Made by a program: the position numbers and the translations under genes. The notes below the pieces were generated by a model that saw only the letters and a list, made by a program, of their open reading frames with translations, made no database searches and was not told where the DNA came from. Source: an uncultured bacterium (GTDB lineage Bacteria > CSSED10-310 > CAZUFC01). Taken from it: a DNA stretch of 62,497 nt. Shown here one piece after another: positions 11,801-20,704 of the stretch (positions within the stretch are counted from its first letter, which is position 1; every line of letters starts with the position of its first letter). The stretch spans positions 2,223 through 64,719 of the forward strand of contig CAZUFC010000037.1 in the NCBI GenBank assembly GCA_964619725.1, written 5' to 3'.

Positions 11801-14800
11801 TGTGCGGCTCGGCAGATACATAATCAACGTCATCGCACCCTGGATCGGACTGGGAATAGGAGCCGTCGCTTTAGTCTATGTCCCCTTTAAATTAGGCTTG
11901 ACCAAATTTACGGAACTCGGCGTCGGCAGCACTTTGACCATTGTCGGTAAAATTGCCCGAAGCTATACAAGTCCCCTGACTCAATTTTTGATTGTTTTCG
12001 GTTTCTTTATGTTCATCGCTCTCGCCGTCCTGCTGATCAAAGAATGGGATTATTCGAAACTGAAAGGAAAAAGCATACCCGTACGGTTCGTCAAACTGAT
12101 ACTCCTGATCGCGGTACTGACAGGCGCATGGGCGCTTCTTTATTACAAAGGAGAATGGGTTGGAAAAGCGCTTGCGATTCCCCTTTCCTGGCTTGACGAT
12201 CAGATAAAAGATATCTTTTTAATCGGACCTCTTTATCATAAGCACGTGTTCCTGGGCTGGAAAGTAAGGCAATGGGATGAGCTGACCTACAAAATCAATT
12301 ATTCTATGGCTTTGTTTTTGATTCCTTTCCTGTTCAGCACGCTCAGAGTCATATTCAATCGCAATCAGTATCCCGGCGAGCAGATGGGACTGTGCATGAT
12401 GCTGATGGCGTTTGCAGTGCTTTTGGGTGAGGAGCTTGTTTACTTGCGTGATTTTCTTTCCGGCGGCGACTGGCGCCGGATGAACTCGGTATTCAAATTT
12501 CACTTTCAATCCTGGATTCTGCTCTCGGTCAGCTCAGTCATGATGATTTACTATATCAGGACGGGATTTAAGCGGCTTTTCGGCAGCGCGGTTCCTCGCC
12601 GGTTCTTGTACATTTTATCCCTGCTTGCAGGGGCCGTCGGAGTATTCAGTTGGATAGCGAAGTGGATCGATTTCAAGGTTATGGCGCTTATTGTCGCTTT
12701 ACCGGTCCTTTTTATCATTGTGCGGTTGATCAAAAATATCCGGGCTTACATGAAAGGCAGGTATAAAAAGGTACGTCACATCTTTTTCACAGAACTGCTG
12801 GATGCCTTTGATGCCGCTTTCGTCTTCCTGCTGATAGCCACTTTGACTTTTGCTTTCACCGGAACTCATCAGAAGATAAAAGAGCGGTCCAACGGTCGGG
12901 GAAACATACCTACTTTGAACGGCCTGGATTTCAAATGGAAGGTTAACCGGGAAGAATATGACGCCATAAAGTGGATAAACCGGAACATCAAAGGGACGCC
13001 TGTCATACTGGAAACGACGGGTAAGTCCTATCAGGCTTTTTCACGTATAAGCATGAACACGGGGCTGCCCACTCTGCTGGGTTGGATGAGTCACGTCGTT
13101 TCGAAGGGGTATACGTGGGAGGAAGCGTATAAACCGGCGAACGCCATCGACAAGATTTACGATACGCAGGACATTGAGGAAGCGTTCAGATTGTTGAAGC
13201 AGTTCAATGTTTCTTATGTATACGTGGGTTATCTGGAGAAGCAGCGTCATGAGCAGGCGGGGCTGGAAAAATTCGATGAGTATGAATGCCTGTTCAACAA
13301 GATATATGAGAATCCCAAGGTATCGATATACGAAGTCCGGGGACACGGATTCTGGGAAACAGCGAAATCAGACGTAGAAGGGGAAATGGTAATGCTGGAG
13401 GAAGACCTGGAGACTGAAATGGACCTGGCTTCGGGTAATTTCCTGGTCGGAGGAAAGGGCGATCTTGAATCGCAGTTCCTTTATCCCCGGGGTATGGCTG
13501 TGGACATCGAGGGAAAATTTTACATAGCCGATACCGGCAACAGCCGCGTTCAGAAATTCGATCACCGCGGCATATTTGAGGATGTATGGGGAGCACAGGG
13601 TTCAGGTCCTGATGAATTCGATCATCCTTATGACGTAACAGTGGATGCCGAGGGCCGAATCTATGTGGCGGATACCTGGAATGACCGCATCAGCGTATTG
13701 AATCCTACGGGCAAACCGTTGGTTCACTGGCCTTCCGCCGATGCGGAATACACCCTTTCGCGACCCGGAGGAATAGCTGCCGATCAACGTAACGGGATAC
13801 TCGTCAGCGACACGGGAAATAATCGTGTGGTTGTTCTGTCGAAAGAGGGCGAGGTTCTGAAAACGCTGGGCAAAACCGGCGAAGGACCGGGCGAATTCAG
13901 ACGGCCGGTGGGTATAGCCGTCGGAAGAAACGGCGTCATCCACGTAGCGGACGCAGGCAATCGTCGTATCCAGCTCTTTAATGCAGAATTCGAATTTATC
14001 AGGGAAATACCCTTTGATGACGGAATCGGCGGATTAACCGAAGACATATACCTGGACGTCGACGATGCCGGCAATATATATGTCAGTTTGCCCGGCCGGG
14101 AAACTTTCCGGGTATTCTCTCCTGAAGGCCAATCCATCACGGAAAGCCTGTTCCAGGATACCTCCTATATTACCATTGACCTGCCCACAGGATTGCACGC
14201 GGACAGAAAAACGGTTTACGTCGTGAACTCTCTTGAAAATAAAGTGGAAAAATTCCGGAAGGAAGAACCGGTGAATATGCTGGTCGGAGGCGAAGGCAGC
14301 AAAAGCGGACAATTTGTTCAGCCCCGCGATCTGGACGTCGATTCTGAAGGAAATGTCTTCATCGTTGATTTTCGCAACTTCAGAATACAGAAATTCACCA
14401 AAGACGGTCGTTTCCAGGGCAAATGGGGTAAAGAAGGCGACGAGCCGGGTCAATTCAAGGACCCATGCGGCATAGCCGTTGATAACCAGGACAACGTTTT
14501 TGTTGCCGACACCTGGAATCATCGAATCCAAAAATTCGACAAAGAGGGTAAATTCATTAAATCCTGGGAGGAAGGCAGAGGGCATTTCTTTGCGCCTCGA
14601 GGCGTAGAAGTCGACGAACAGTTTGTTTACGTGTGTGATACCGGCGGCGGTCAAATACAGCTCTTCAACAAGGATGGACGTTTCGTCACTGCCTTCTCAT
14701 CCAAAGGCTCAGGACCGGATCAACTCTCGGAACCCTGCGGCGTAGCTGTCGATCAAGAGGGAAAAGTATACGTGGCGGACTTCGGGAACGCCAGAATTCA

Positions 14801-15107
14801 GGTATTCAATAAAATGGGTCGCGGGCTCCATCGTTCAATTCCCGTGACCGAATGGGAGGGAGAAGCGCATCAGGAACCTTATATCGACGTGGATAACCAG
14901 GGACGAATCTATGTAACCTCGCCCGTTAATAAAAGACTGATTATCTACTCTGCAGAAGGCGCTATTCTGAAAAAACTTGGCAGCGCCCGCAGAGGCGGAA
15001 GTTTCAACCATCCCACAGGTCTTGCAGTGGGCGACGACGGTACCGTCTACATCATGGAAATGTACGACCCCAAGGTCAGAATTCTGCCTCCGTCGGAAAT
15101 ATGGTAA
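8844..15107 (+). CDS. Fusion protein: PMT_2/GT39-like glycosyltransferase + DUF2298/YYY domain + two NHL beta-propellers (2087 aa)
   Basis: N-terminal HPDE..NPNFFAYGSLP and HFLTVD; central PPHDPWIANEPLNYYYY, ISEFPFWSYVYGDLHPH, RMNSVFKFHFQSW; two NHL blocks, each starting (NF/NM)LVGG.G...QF. Confidence 0.85.
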   Translation: MTNMKQNSKSRRWLLKLLLLIVIVTAAIFRFYQVDWDMPGSPHPDENQVMMQVAKLQLFRNGELYLEGMNPNFFAYGSLPLYMYFFMKEGARLLVKNIPALRNFITTNPYILARILTAFLGWLTLFPVYLLARRLYGRWTAVVALILFAFASLHIKLCHFLTVDVILTFFIMLSIYFAAKILLYGRLRDYIPAAIFFGMAMAVKIAAFPLAVTLVAAHILHLIHIKRVFPLWKWVGFILLPVFAFGAFFVSEPFGILNFKEFFHQVSWQAKMVQGGVTPWYVLHYEDTVKFFYQMKNYLNWAMGWPLGIFTLISFAYFIAASFFSKERLKHLFMLSFTVPFFITVFVLAKVKFIRYQVPAVPLFCIMSAYLLYRFYRKAKTSHGRALTYAFTVFLATSGLFLSMATLAVFNDPSSREMASLWIYENVPEGSTILAQEIEPRLPRGMPGYTPHKYQYREINVIQDPKGDMSLTKFAENIAESDFIVLPNPGHYNLPLSAGPERFPHIFSYYQNLFGGTLGFELVQSFTSYPRLLGFEMNDSLSDIGFYFFDHPKVQIFKKNRSLSVSKLKSLIKSPPPSVASITKKDIMKAEVGSKHLAEMRRRAAESAAEARSARTAKGEEPIPDKGFRYIFLWYITAQIIALLALPITMTIFRSFRDRGYPLAKTIGFFSIAWINFILVSTKFLKYNRASILLSYVILAVLSAFVWSRRKSEIKSFFKSPKAKKIIITTEIVFLLIFALLQAIKCYNPDISGWERPSEFAYYNAVHRSETLPPHDPWIANEPLNYYYYCWHAMMMITKGIGIPTQFAYNIGVAFVAGLTALCIFSLLFNVTKKIRYGLLGALFITFVGNFDSIRQVIKNRRFFPFDWFRAAHSPIEFTISEFPFWSYVYGDLHPHIVVLPVIGAMFLFYYKWIKSSESGLNKFGTGMNRWLSVFVFMMLMGTAFTVHLWELPTQILLLLFILSLQHFRITSQKRLPGYERRPPLFVRLGRYIINVIAPWIGLGIGAVALVYVPFKLGLTKFTELGVGSTLTIVGKIARSYTSPLTQFLIVFGFFMFIALAVLLIKEWDYSKLKGKSIPVRFVKLILLIAVLTGAWALLYYKGEWVGKALAIPLSWLDDQIKDIFLIGPLYHKHVFLGWKVRQWDELTYKINYSMALFLIPFLFSTLRVIFNRNQYPGEQMGLCMMLMAFAVLLGEELVYLRDFLSGGDWRRMNSVFKFHFQSWILLSVSSVMMIYYIRTGFKRLFGSAVPRRFLYILSLLAGAVGVFSWIAKWIDFKVMALIVALPVLFIIVRLIKNIRAYMKGRYKKVRHIFFTELLDAFDAAFVFLLIATLTFAFTGTHQKIKERSNGRGNIPTLNGLDFKWKVNREEYDAIKWINRNIKGTPVILETTGKSYQAFSRISMNTGLPTLLGWMSHVVSKGYTWEEAYKPANAIDKIYDTQDIEEAFRLLKQFNVSYVYVGYLEKQRHEQAGLEKFDEYECLFNKIYENPKVSIYEVRGHGFWETAKSDVEGEMVMLEEDLETEMDLASGNFLVGGKGDLESQFLYPRGMAVDIEGKFYIADTGNSRVQKFDHRGIFEDVWGAQGSGPDEFDHPYDVTVDAEGRIYVADTWNDRISVLNPTGKPLVHWPSADAEYTLSRPGGIAADQRNGILVSDTGNNRVVVLSKEGEVLKTLGKTGEGPGEFRRPVGIAVGRNGVIHVADAGNRRIQLFNAEFEFIREIPFDDGIGGLTEDIYLDVDDAGNIYVSLPGRETFRVFSPEGQSITESLFQDTSYITIDLPTGLHADRKTVYVVNSLENKVEKFRKEEPVNMLVGGEGSKSGQFVQPRDLDVDSEGNVFIVDFRNFRIQKFTKDGRFQGKWGKEGDEPGQFKDPCGIAVDNQDNVFVADTWNHRIQKFDKEGKFIKSWEEGRGHFFAPRGVEVDEQFVYVCDTGGGQIQLFNKDGRFVTAFSSKGSGPDQLSEPCGVAVDQEGKVYVADFGNARIQVFNKMGRGLHRSIPVTEWEGEAHQEPYIDVDNQGRIYVTSPVNKRLIIYSAEGAILKKLGSARRGGSFNHPTGLAVGDDGTVYIMEMYDPKVRILPPSEIW

Positions 15108-15207
15108 AAAAAATCGAATCGTTGCCGACTAAAATCCGAAATTAATAAACGGCTGAACGCTGATTTTCCGGCCGCTTCTTTGAGTTTATATCTTCCCTCA
15201 CCGGAAT

Positions 15208-18200
15208 ATGCTTAAAAAATGCTACAAGTCTGAACTCTTTTTCCTCCTGGCCTTACCGGTTCTCAGCCTGCTTTTTATAGCTTCTCCCATTGCCGTGCTT
15301 CGCCAGGCCGGCTCGCTTTTCTGGCTTCTCATTTTCCCGTTCATACCGCTCGCTCAAATCATCTGGTCGGAAGAAAAACTCAACAAATACGAAACGCTCC
15401 TCGCCGCTCTCGCCGCAGGTTTATGCATAGGTCCCTTCTATCTCCTGGCCCTCAAGGGGATAGGATTTCCCTCCTTTGCTCTTGTATTGACGCCTCTTTG
15501 TCTCTACTATTTTTTCTTTCTGCTCGCCTTCTCCCTGAAACGAAGCGGCGCCCGCTCCCTTTCAGAGCAAAAAACAGCTCCCGTTTCCGCTTCTACCTGG
15601 ATACTGACCGGAGTCTTTTTGTTTTTGCTGAGTTCCTGCCTTCTTAATGTCGGCCTGAAGAATCCGGGCGGCAATCTCTTCTATCCGTTTATAAAATTCA
15701 ATCAGAATTTCTATCGGTATTATGTCTGGACTTTTCATTTTGATTTTCTCAAACATCTTGCTTTTACTGCTGAGCTGGAAAAATTTAATCCCCTGCTGCC
15801 GCTAAATCCCTACATGTCCGGGGAACGCCTGCATTACTACTGGTTCTATCATCTGATGGCGGCAGGCATCGGAAAATTGTCCGGAATTCATCCGACGGCC
15901 AATCAAACCAGTCTGGCCTTCTTCCTGAGTCTCTCCTTCCTTTTGTCCGTTCTCACGGTGATAAGACGTTTTACACGATCGAAAACCGTTTTAATCTATC
16001 TCATCCTTTTTCTGGGTCTGACGCCAAGCTACGAATATGCGAAGGCTTTCATCATCCAAACAGGCGGTGATATACCCTTTCCGTTATCCATTTCATTCTT
16101 TTCCCAATTGTTCTCGTATGCCAATGTCGAATGGCTCATCACGAAATATCATCATCTCTTCCGGAATTACCTCTATCTTCAACACGTCATCTGCGGACTT
16201 CTCCTGGGCGTCTGGTCCTTTCCTCTGATCCTAAGAAAACAAAAATCAATCCGCAGTCTCCTGCCTGCAGCCCTGCTCTGTTCCGTCATCGTCATGTATA
16301 ACTCCTTCATCTTCATCGGCATTGCGGTTTCCTCCGCGCTTTATCTTTTATTGAGGTTCAGAGAAAAACCCTCCAAAGCTCTTCTTTACGGCACACTGTT
16401 CACTTTCATTATTTCCCTGGTCGATTTAAGATTCATCATTCTGCCTCTCCTTCTTCTCACACTGGCGCTTTTCAGACCCATACTCAGAAAATTACCCGCC
16501 TTTGCCGCCTTCATCCTGCCGGTTGCCCTCACAGGATTGATGCTTATGAAATGGCTCATTGATCCCGATCCTCCGGCTCAATTGTTGCGTTTTGCCCCCG
16601 GTTTATTGCTGAGGGATGTTTTCGTTAACCTTAAAGCGAATAACTCAATTCCGTCCTACTTGACCGAAGCTCTCTCCTGGAGAAGCATACCTGCCGCCGT
16701 CCTGTTTTATACGCTGCTTTTCTTCCCTCTCCTTCCGTTACATTTTAAACCTGAAAGATCAAAAAAAAAGATCGCACGCATAATAATTATATCCGCGGGT
16801 ATCGCCGGATTGGCCTTGATACATGCCGCGCCGCATGCCTTTAAATCATTCAATTTTCTGATGAAAGCAGCAGATAACTTCTTCGCTCTCACACTCTGCG
16901 CTTTGGAAATCTCACCGCCCCTGATATTCGCCTTTTTTCTTCTCTTCAAAATGGGATCATTACAAAAAAATCCGTTGCTTAAGTTATCCTTAACGGGTTT
17001 CCTCGTCACCTTCCTGCTTCTCAATCTCTTCTTCATCGTGAATCAGTCCGATTACATACTGAAAATAAGCGTCCTGAACTTCCTCTTCCTGGCTATTCTC
17101 GGCTCCTTCGGAGCTTCCTTCTTTCATGAATGCATCAGAAAAAAAAGCATGGGAGCGCGGCGAATATTGACGGCCCTGGCCGTTTTTTCGCTCATCCTGG
17201 CCTTTCCCGCATTGTACCAGGATTTAAAGCTTCACATGGATTCCAGGACATCAACGTTTGCGTTGAACCGTGAACGCATGGAAATCGTCGCCTGGGTCCG
17301 TGAAAATACCGGAGCCTGCGACATCGTGCAGGAAATGCCGGTCGCCGCTAATATGGATTCGTTCCATCACATGGGGCCGGCATTTATGCAGCGGCGCTCC
17401 GTTTTTTCCGATCCCTGGCATGCCGCTTTCGGCTCGGCAAAATTCAAAATTCAACGAACCAGGGAAATCCTCACGACTGCCCTGAATATCGACGATCCTT
17501 ATCTCAATCATCTTATACTGAAAATCCTCGGCGTGGATTACCTTTTCATTTATGAACGCAATGCCGAATCAACAAACCTCCTTGAAAACATGTTCAGAAG
17601 CCTCCCGCCCAGAATTGTTCCTGAATTCGTCAATAAGGATTATGCTATCTTTCAATTAAAAAAAATCCAACCGAAAATATACTTCCAACCCCTTCCGCCT
17701 CCTCCCCTTTTCAACAGCCTGACAGATCGAACTACCGTCATGGGTATTCCTTTTATTAAAGTCACTCGAACAAAAGAAATTGATCCCTTTGGTTTGAAAC
17801 GAAATGAAGCCGACGATTCGACATATTGTTTTCCCATTAATCGAAGAGGCGTCTACGCAATTCTCCTGATGGGAAATTCCGTCAGAATATGGGAAAAAAC
17901 TCCAATACTCGAGCGAGACCTCGGCGAAATCAGAGTAATCTACGAACAGGGACCTGCCGGAAAATTCGACGTGACCTTTGAAAAGAATTATTTCCATCCC
18001 CCGACAGCACATCAGAAGATAATGAAACATTTCGATCAGCTATGCTTTCTGGGGCCTTATGAAATATCAGGCGGCCGAATTGACGGTGAAATCATCAGAA
18101 TACTGCCTGCCGACCCGAATCGCAGAATCAGGCAAATAACCGTACAAAGTCATAATCAGAAGCATCCCGTTGCGATAACGGCTGTAACGCTTGTGCAGGA

Positions 18201-18216
18201 AAAAGCGGATGACTGA
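15208..18216 (+). CDS. Polytopic membrane protein, divergent YYY/GT-C-like, with C-terminal soluble beta-rich domain
   Basis: HLAFTAEL..PLNPYMSGERLHYYWFYHL resembles the YYY loop; very many TM segments; WVRENT and LGVDYLFI tail typical of GT-C proteins. Confidence 0.6.
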   Translation: MLKKCYKSELFFLLALPVLSLLFIASPIAVLRQAGSLFWLLIFPFIPLAQIIWSEEKLNKYETLLAALAAGLCIGPFYLLALKGIGFPSFALVLTPLCLYYFFFLLAFSLKRSGARSLSEQKTAPVSASTWILTGVFLFLLSSCLLNVGLKNPGGNLFYPFIKFNQNFYRYYVWTFHFDFLKHLAFTAELEKFNPLLPLNPYMSGERLHYYWFYHLMAAGIGKLSGIHPTANQTSLAFFLSLSFLLSVLTVIRRFTRSKTVLIYLILFLGLTPSYEYAKAFIIQTGGDIPFPLSISFFSQLFSYANVEWLITKYHHLFRNYLYLQHVICGLLLGVWSFPLILRKQKSIRSLLPAALLCSVIVMYNSFIFIGIAVSSALYLLLRFREKPSKALLYGTLFTFIISLVDLRFIILPLLLLTLALFRPILRKLPAFAAFILPVALTGLMLMKWLIDPDPPAQLLRFAPGLLLRDVFVNLKANNSIPSYLTEALSWRSIPAAVLFYTLLFFPLLPLHFKPERSKKKIARIIIISAGIAGLALIHAAPHAFKSFNFLMKAADNFFALTLCALEISPPLIFAFFLLFKMGSLQKNPLLKLSLTGFLVTFLLLNLFFIVNQSDYILKISVLNFLFLAILGSFGASFFHECIRKKSMGARRILTALAVFSLILAFPALYQDLKLHMDSRTSTFALNRERMEIVAWVRENTGACDIVQEMPVAANMDSFHHMGPAFMQRRSVFSDPWHAAFGSAKFKIQRTREILTTALNIDDPYLNHLILKILGVDYLFIYERNAESTNLLENMFRSLPPRIVPEFVNKDYAIFQLKKIQPKIYFQPLPPPPLFNSLTDRTTVMGIPFIKVTRTKEIDPFGLKRNEADDSTYCFPINRRGVYAILLMGNSVRIWEKTPILERDLGEIRVIYEQGPAGKFDVTFEKNYFHPPTAHQKIMKHFDQLCFLGPYEISGGRIDGEIIRILPADPNRRIRQITVQSHNQKHPVAITAVTLVQEKADD

Positions 18217-18224
18217 ATTCCCAG

Positions 18225-18271
18225 TAGCCTGCGAAGGGGTCTAGCCTGCGAAGGGGTCAGAGCCCTTCGCA
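18225..18271 (+). repeat. 17-bp tandem duplication ending in a REP-like hairpin / possible terminator
   Basis: TAGCCTGCGAAGGGGTC x2 (18225-18258); stem TGCGAAGGG/CCCTTCGCA just after the stop at 18216. Confidence 0.7.
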
Positions 18272-18280
18272 AACCCTTTT

Positions 18281-18351
18281 CCGACTGCGATACCTACCCC
18301 GAAACAAACTGTTGAATGTTTTGAAAAAGTGTAACCCCGGTTTGATCAGTC
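18281..18351 (+). repeat. Dispersed repeat family A, 3' half copy
   Basis: ...TTTTGAAAAAGTGTAACCCCGGTTTGATCAGTC matches the copies at 24000, 36604 and 44967. Confidence 0.8.
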
Positions 18352-18407
18352 ACGAAAAATTATACTCTCAATTTGCAGGCAACCATGCTTATTTTTGACT
18401 GTCCCCT

Positions 18408-18436
18408 TTGACATGAATCAGCTCTTTCAGTATATT
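18408..18436 (+). promoter_or_regulatory. Sigma70-type promoter upstream of 18638
   Basis: TTGACA-17 bp-TATATT. Confidence 0.65.
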
Positions 18437-18637
18437 TAGTTGCCGATGCCGGTTCACGATCGGTGTTTCAATTCGGCGCCAGCATGCCGGGAGTGAATGG
18501 CCCGGGTTGACCGATTTTGTTTTGTTTCACAATTTCGCAGCCCGGCATTCGTTTTATGAATGTATTCCTGAATTTTCACCTTTGCGCGGCTATGCATCTT
18601 TTACGGACGAATCGTCGTTAACTTACCGGAGACCCTG

Positions 18638-20704
18638 ATGGAAAAGATTCTAACTGAACCGGTAAATTTATTTGTTTTCGGAGTCATCGGAGCCTGGATA
18701 CTCGCCTGGCTGAATTTAACGGGAAAAGCTGACCGGAAAACCAATCTGGGCATGCTCCTCGCCTTGTTGATAGCCGTCGTCATAACAGCCCTTCATTATT
18801 ATATTTCTGAAACTTTTTCAACCAGATCAGCTCTATATCGCTCCGCCGGCACGCTCTGGTCTCATCTTATCGTCATTTCACTTGCCGCCTGGGTCTTTTT
18901 TCTTTTTAAGCGGCCCTTTTCAATACTAAGAGCCGGCCTGCTCGCGGCCCTGCCTCCGCTGTTTTACGGCCAATCTCTGATCCTTAAAGGCGATCATCGA
19001 ACAGGATTTCTTTATTTAGGCGGCGTTCTGGGGTATGTATTTCTGATATCGCTTGTCAGTCAAATATTTTCAAAAAAGCGCAGCGCTGCCGTCAGAGAAA
19101 AGAGTTTCCTGAATTTTTCGTCAAAAACGGTCATTTTTATCTTTTCAGGACTTATGATCGTGACTTTATTGTTGAAATTTTATGCTTACGGAGATGCATT
19201 CGGCGGCATAGTCATTGATGAGGCGGTCAAGGGGCGGGTGGCTCTGGATATTTTAGAGGACAAGGTAAAGTTCAGGCCTTACTTTTACTATCGGGAAGCG
19301 CTATATTTTTACATAACGGCGGCTTTCCTTAAATTCTTCGGCATAACCATAGAGACACTAAGGCTTCCCGCTACGTTCACCGCCATCATTTGCACAGCGC
19401 TTTATTTCCTTTTAGCCAGGAAACTTTTCAATGATGAAACAGCGATAGCGTCTACCTTCTTCCTCACTTTTTCATTCTGGCATCAAAACATAAGCCGTGT
19501 AGCCCAACGTTTATGCCTGGTGCCGCTCTTTCAATTAGTCATAATCTTATTGTGCGACCGTATATTCAAAAAAGGAAAATGGTACTATTTCATTTTGCTT
19601 GGCCTGTTTCTCGGAGGCGGCTTCTACAGTTATCCTCCTTACCGGGTCATGCCTGTTTTCGTCGTGTTAGCATTCCTTCATAAGTTTATACGCAATCCGA
19701 AATGGATATTGAAAAAATTGCACTGGTCGCTGCTCAGCGCCCTCATCGCATTCATTGTAATGGCAGCGCCGCTGGGTTCGGATTGGAAACATTTCGATGA
19801 TTACTTCATTTCAAAAGCCAGGTTGGGATACCGCGTCGATCCGTACGCCGACGATCCCGGAGAAATGTTTAAAAAGAATTTGCCGACGCTGCTCCAGACG
19901 CTCCACCGCAGAACCGCTCCCGGCGGCACCGTTCGCCCCATCAATACTAACTTTCCCCTCATGGACCCCATCGTCGGCGTTTTCTTCATCATAGGACTCG
20001 GATTATGCCTCTCCCGCATATGGAAACAGTCATACTTTCTCATTATGGCCTGCTTTCTGATTGGATTCACTCCAGGCATTTTCGCCTGGCCCTTCCAGAG
20101 ACGCATTATACTCAGCATCAACCTTTCCTTCCTGATAGCCGGCATCGGATTCGCCGAAATCTTCCGGCAAATCGTCTATGCCTTTAAAAAACAGAAAAAA
20201 ATGCTGCCCGTCTTTGTTCCCCTTATCCTTTTCATTCTTTGCGGCATTGGCTGGTCCAACGTTTCCATCCTTCAGGACAGGTTCTATCACTGGAAAGGCT
20301 TCTATAATCGCGCCGCGCCCTTGCGTTACGCCGCCGCCATACATGAAAATTACGAAATAGTCCTCTTCGTGAGTTACTTCGACAGGAACTCTTTCGTTTA
20401 CTATACGCATGACAGAATTTACGATAAGGATTTCCATCCCTTGCAACATGTCGATAAAGCAAACAGCGTGGCTGAAATTCCTTTCATGCGCGATACTAAT
20501 GAGCGCAATCTCGCTTATATCGTCACAGAACGAAAAAACTTCACCAGCGTCGAGAAAAGAATCTCCGATTATTATCCCAACGCCGTCAAGGAAACTCATA
20601 CATTCTGGAACAATGAGCGCGTTCTTTTCTACGTTTACAAAGTTTCCAGTGAGAACGCCGAAGAAGTCCGCGAAAAAATCCGGTCAGGAGAAATGAGCCG
20701 ATGA
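18638..20704 (+). CDS. ArnT/PMT_2 (GT39/GT83-like) membrane glycosyltransferase
   Basis: DE motif (VIDEAVKG), LYFY...FGITIETLRLP, SFWHQNISR, GFYSY; many TM helices. Confidence 0.8.
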   Translation: MEKILTEPVNLFVFGVIGAWILAWLNLTGKADRKTNLGMLLALLIAVVITALHYYISETFSTRSALYRSAGTLWSHLIVISLAAWVFFLFKRPFSILRAGLLAALPPLFYGQSLILKGDHRTGFLYLGGVLGYVFLISLVSQIFSKKRSAAVREKSFLNFSSKTVIFIFSGLMIVTLLLKFYAYGDAFGGIVIDEAVKGRVALDILEDKVKFRPYFYYREALYFYITAAFLKFFGITIETLRLPATFTAIICTALYFLLARKLFNDETAIASTFFLTFSFWHQNISRVAQRLCLVPLFQLVIILLCDRIFKKGKWYYFILLGLFLGGGFYSYPPYRVMPVFVVLAFLHKFIRNPKWILKKLHWSLLSALIAFIVMAAPLGSDWKHFDDYFISKARLGYRVDPYADDPGEMFKKNLPTLLQTLHRRTAPGGTVRPINTNFPLMDPIVGVFFIIGLGLCLSRIWKQSYFLIMACFLIGFTPGIFAWPFQRRIILSINLSFLIAGIGFAEIFRQIVYAFKKQKKMLPVFVPLILFILCGIGWSNVSILQDRFYHWKGFYNRAAPLRYAAAIHENYEIVLFVSYFDRNSFVYYTHDRIYDKDFHPLQHVDKANSVAEIPFMRDTNERNLAYIVTERKNFTSVEKRISDYYPNAVKETHTFWNNERVLFYVYKVSSENAEEVREKIRSGEMSR

